Source: Catajapyx aquilonaris
Lineage: Eukaryota
Length of the DNA stretch: 35,867 nt
Assembly: GCA_000934665.2 (NCBI GenBank)
Contig: JYFJ02003977.1
Coordinates: 1-35,867, forward strand
Direction: 5' to 3'
Under the pieces are notes generated by a model that saw nothing but the letters and a program-made list of their open reading frames with translations, searched no databases and was not told where the DNA came from. Position 1 is the stretch's first letter. The number at the start of each line of letters is the position of its first letter. The translations under genes and the position numbers were made by a program. Shown in pieces: positions 35,212-35,867 of this stretch.

Positions 35212-35770
35212 TAAGTGCTCTACGCCGGTCCACATACAGCAAATCTGGTGGGGGAACGCAACGAACCAAGACTCCCAAACCGCCAATTCAAATCTAGTAG
35301 GCATGGTCCATTTGTTCCGGTTCGTTTCCCCCTCCATTCTCAATTAATAGTAATAATTTTCATCGCAGTCAGGGGTGTCGCTCCAGGTACTGCGGCGTAG
35401 AAGCTGGCAGGTGGGACTCTGAAGATTCGCGCGATAAGGGGGGACCTGCCGGACCTGTATATATATACAACACTCCTCGGCAGTGGTTCAGTCACTGTTG
35501 AGATGAGTCTTGACATAACAGCCACATTTGAATCAACCAAGTGCATTAGACAACCAAGAAGTGGCTCATTCCACACATGCCAGCCGGATGCCATCCATGA
35601 CTATTGTAAACAACTTAATATACAAAGTCCAACTCTGGGAAGCATAGTTACCCTCTCACAACATGTGCATTGTATGCATCAGGTGCATCCAGCCCTTAGG
35701 CACCCACCAGGTTGGCACCCCTGCGGCAAGTAAACCAGGCTTAAGTGAGTCTTCCTGTCACTGTCTTGAC

Positions 35771-35867
35771 CAGAGTTGGGTAAGTTACTTTTGAAATGTA
35801 ACTGGTTACAGTTACAGTTATTCAGTCCAAAAAAGTAACTAGTTACAGTTACAAGTTCCTTTGACCA
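35771..35867. mobile_element. Left end of a probable hAT-type non-autonomous element (truncated by the window)
   Basis: Begins CAGAGTTGGG, followed by clustered GTAAC/GTTAC subterminal repeats (AGTAACTAGTTACAGTTAC). Confidence 0.55.

Noticed and set aside
1..35867. CRISPR arrays, operons or prokaryotic defence systems
   Set aside because: No regularly spaced repeats; all genes are spliced eukaryotic genes.

Overview
Intron-rich animal (most likely arthropod/insect) nuclear DNA, not prokaryotic. Four spliced protein-coding genes can be assembled by hand with GT-AG, phase-consistent junctions. (1) The last four exons of CPSF1/CPSF160 (+, 322-3307). (2) A complete BCDIN3D-type RNA 5'-phosphate methyltransferase (-, 7267-8918, probable upstream exon 9028-9095). 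(3) A complete RAB3GAP1 (+, 10 coding exons, 10391-33383, about 1029 aa), head-to-head with BCDIN3D across a short putative bidirectional promoter. (4) A complete LRR-FN3 single-pass membrane protein resembling insect Hattifattener (Haf) (-, 14239-20609), nested antisense inside the 17.8-kb sixth coding-region intron of RAB3GAP1. Non-coding DNA holds a full-length tRNA-derived SINE with a 14-bp target-site duplication, several MITE/foldback inverted repeats and a compound microsatellite. Most notable: the nested antisense gene, a CpG-rich domain that interrupts the CpG-depleted host gene, a frame-switching acceptor choice at the BCDIN3D start, and a 77-aa acidic segment next to the RAB3GAP1 catalytic arginine. 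I found no convincing evidence of a wholly new biological system. Gene identities come from recalled family motifs, not database searches.
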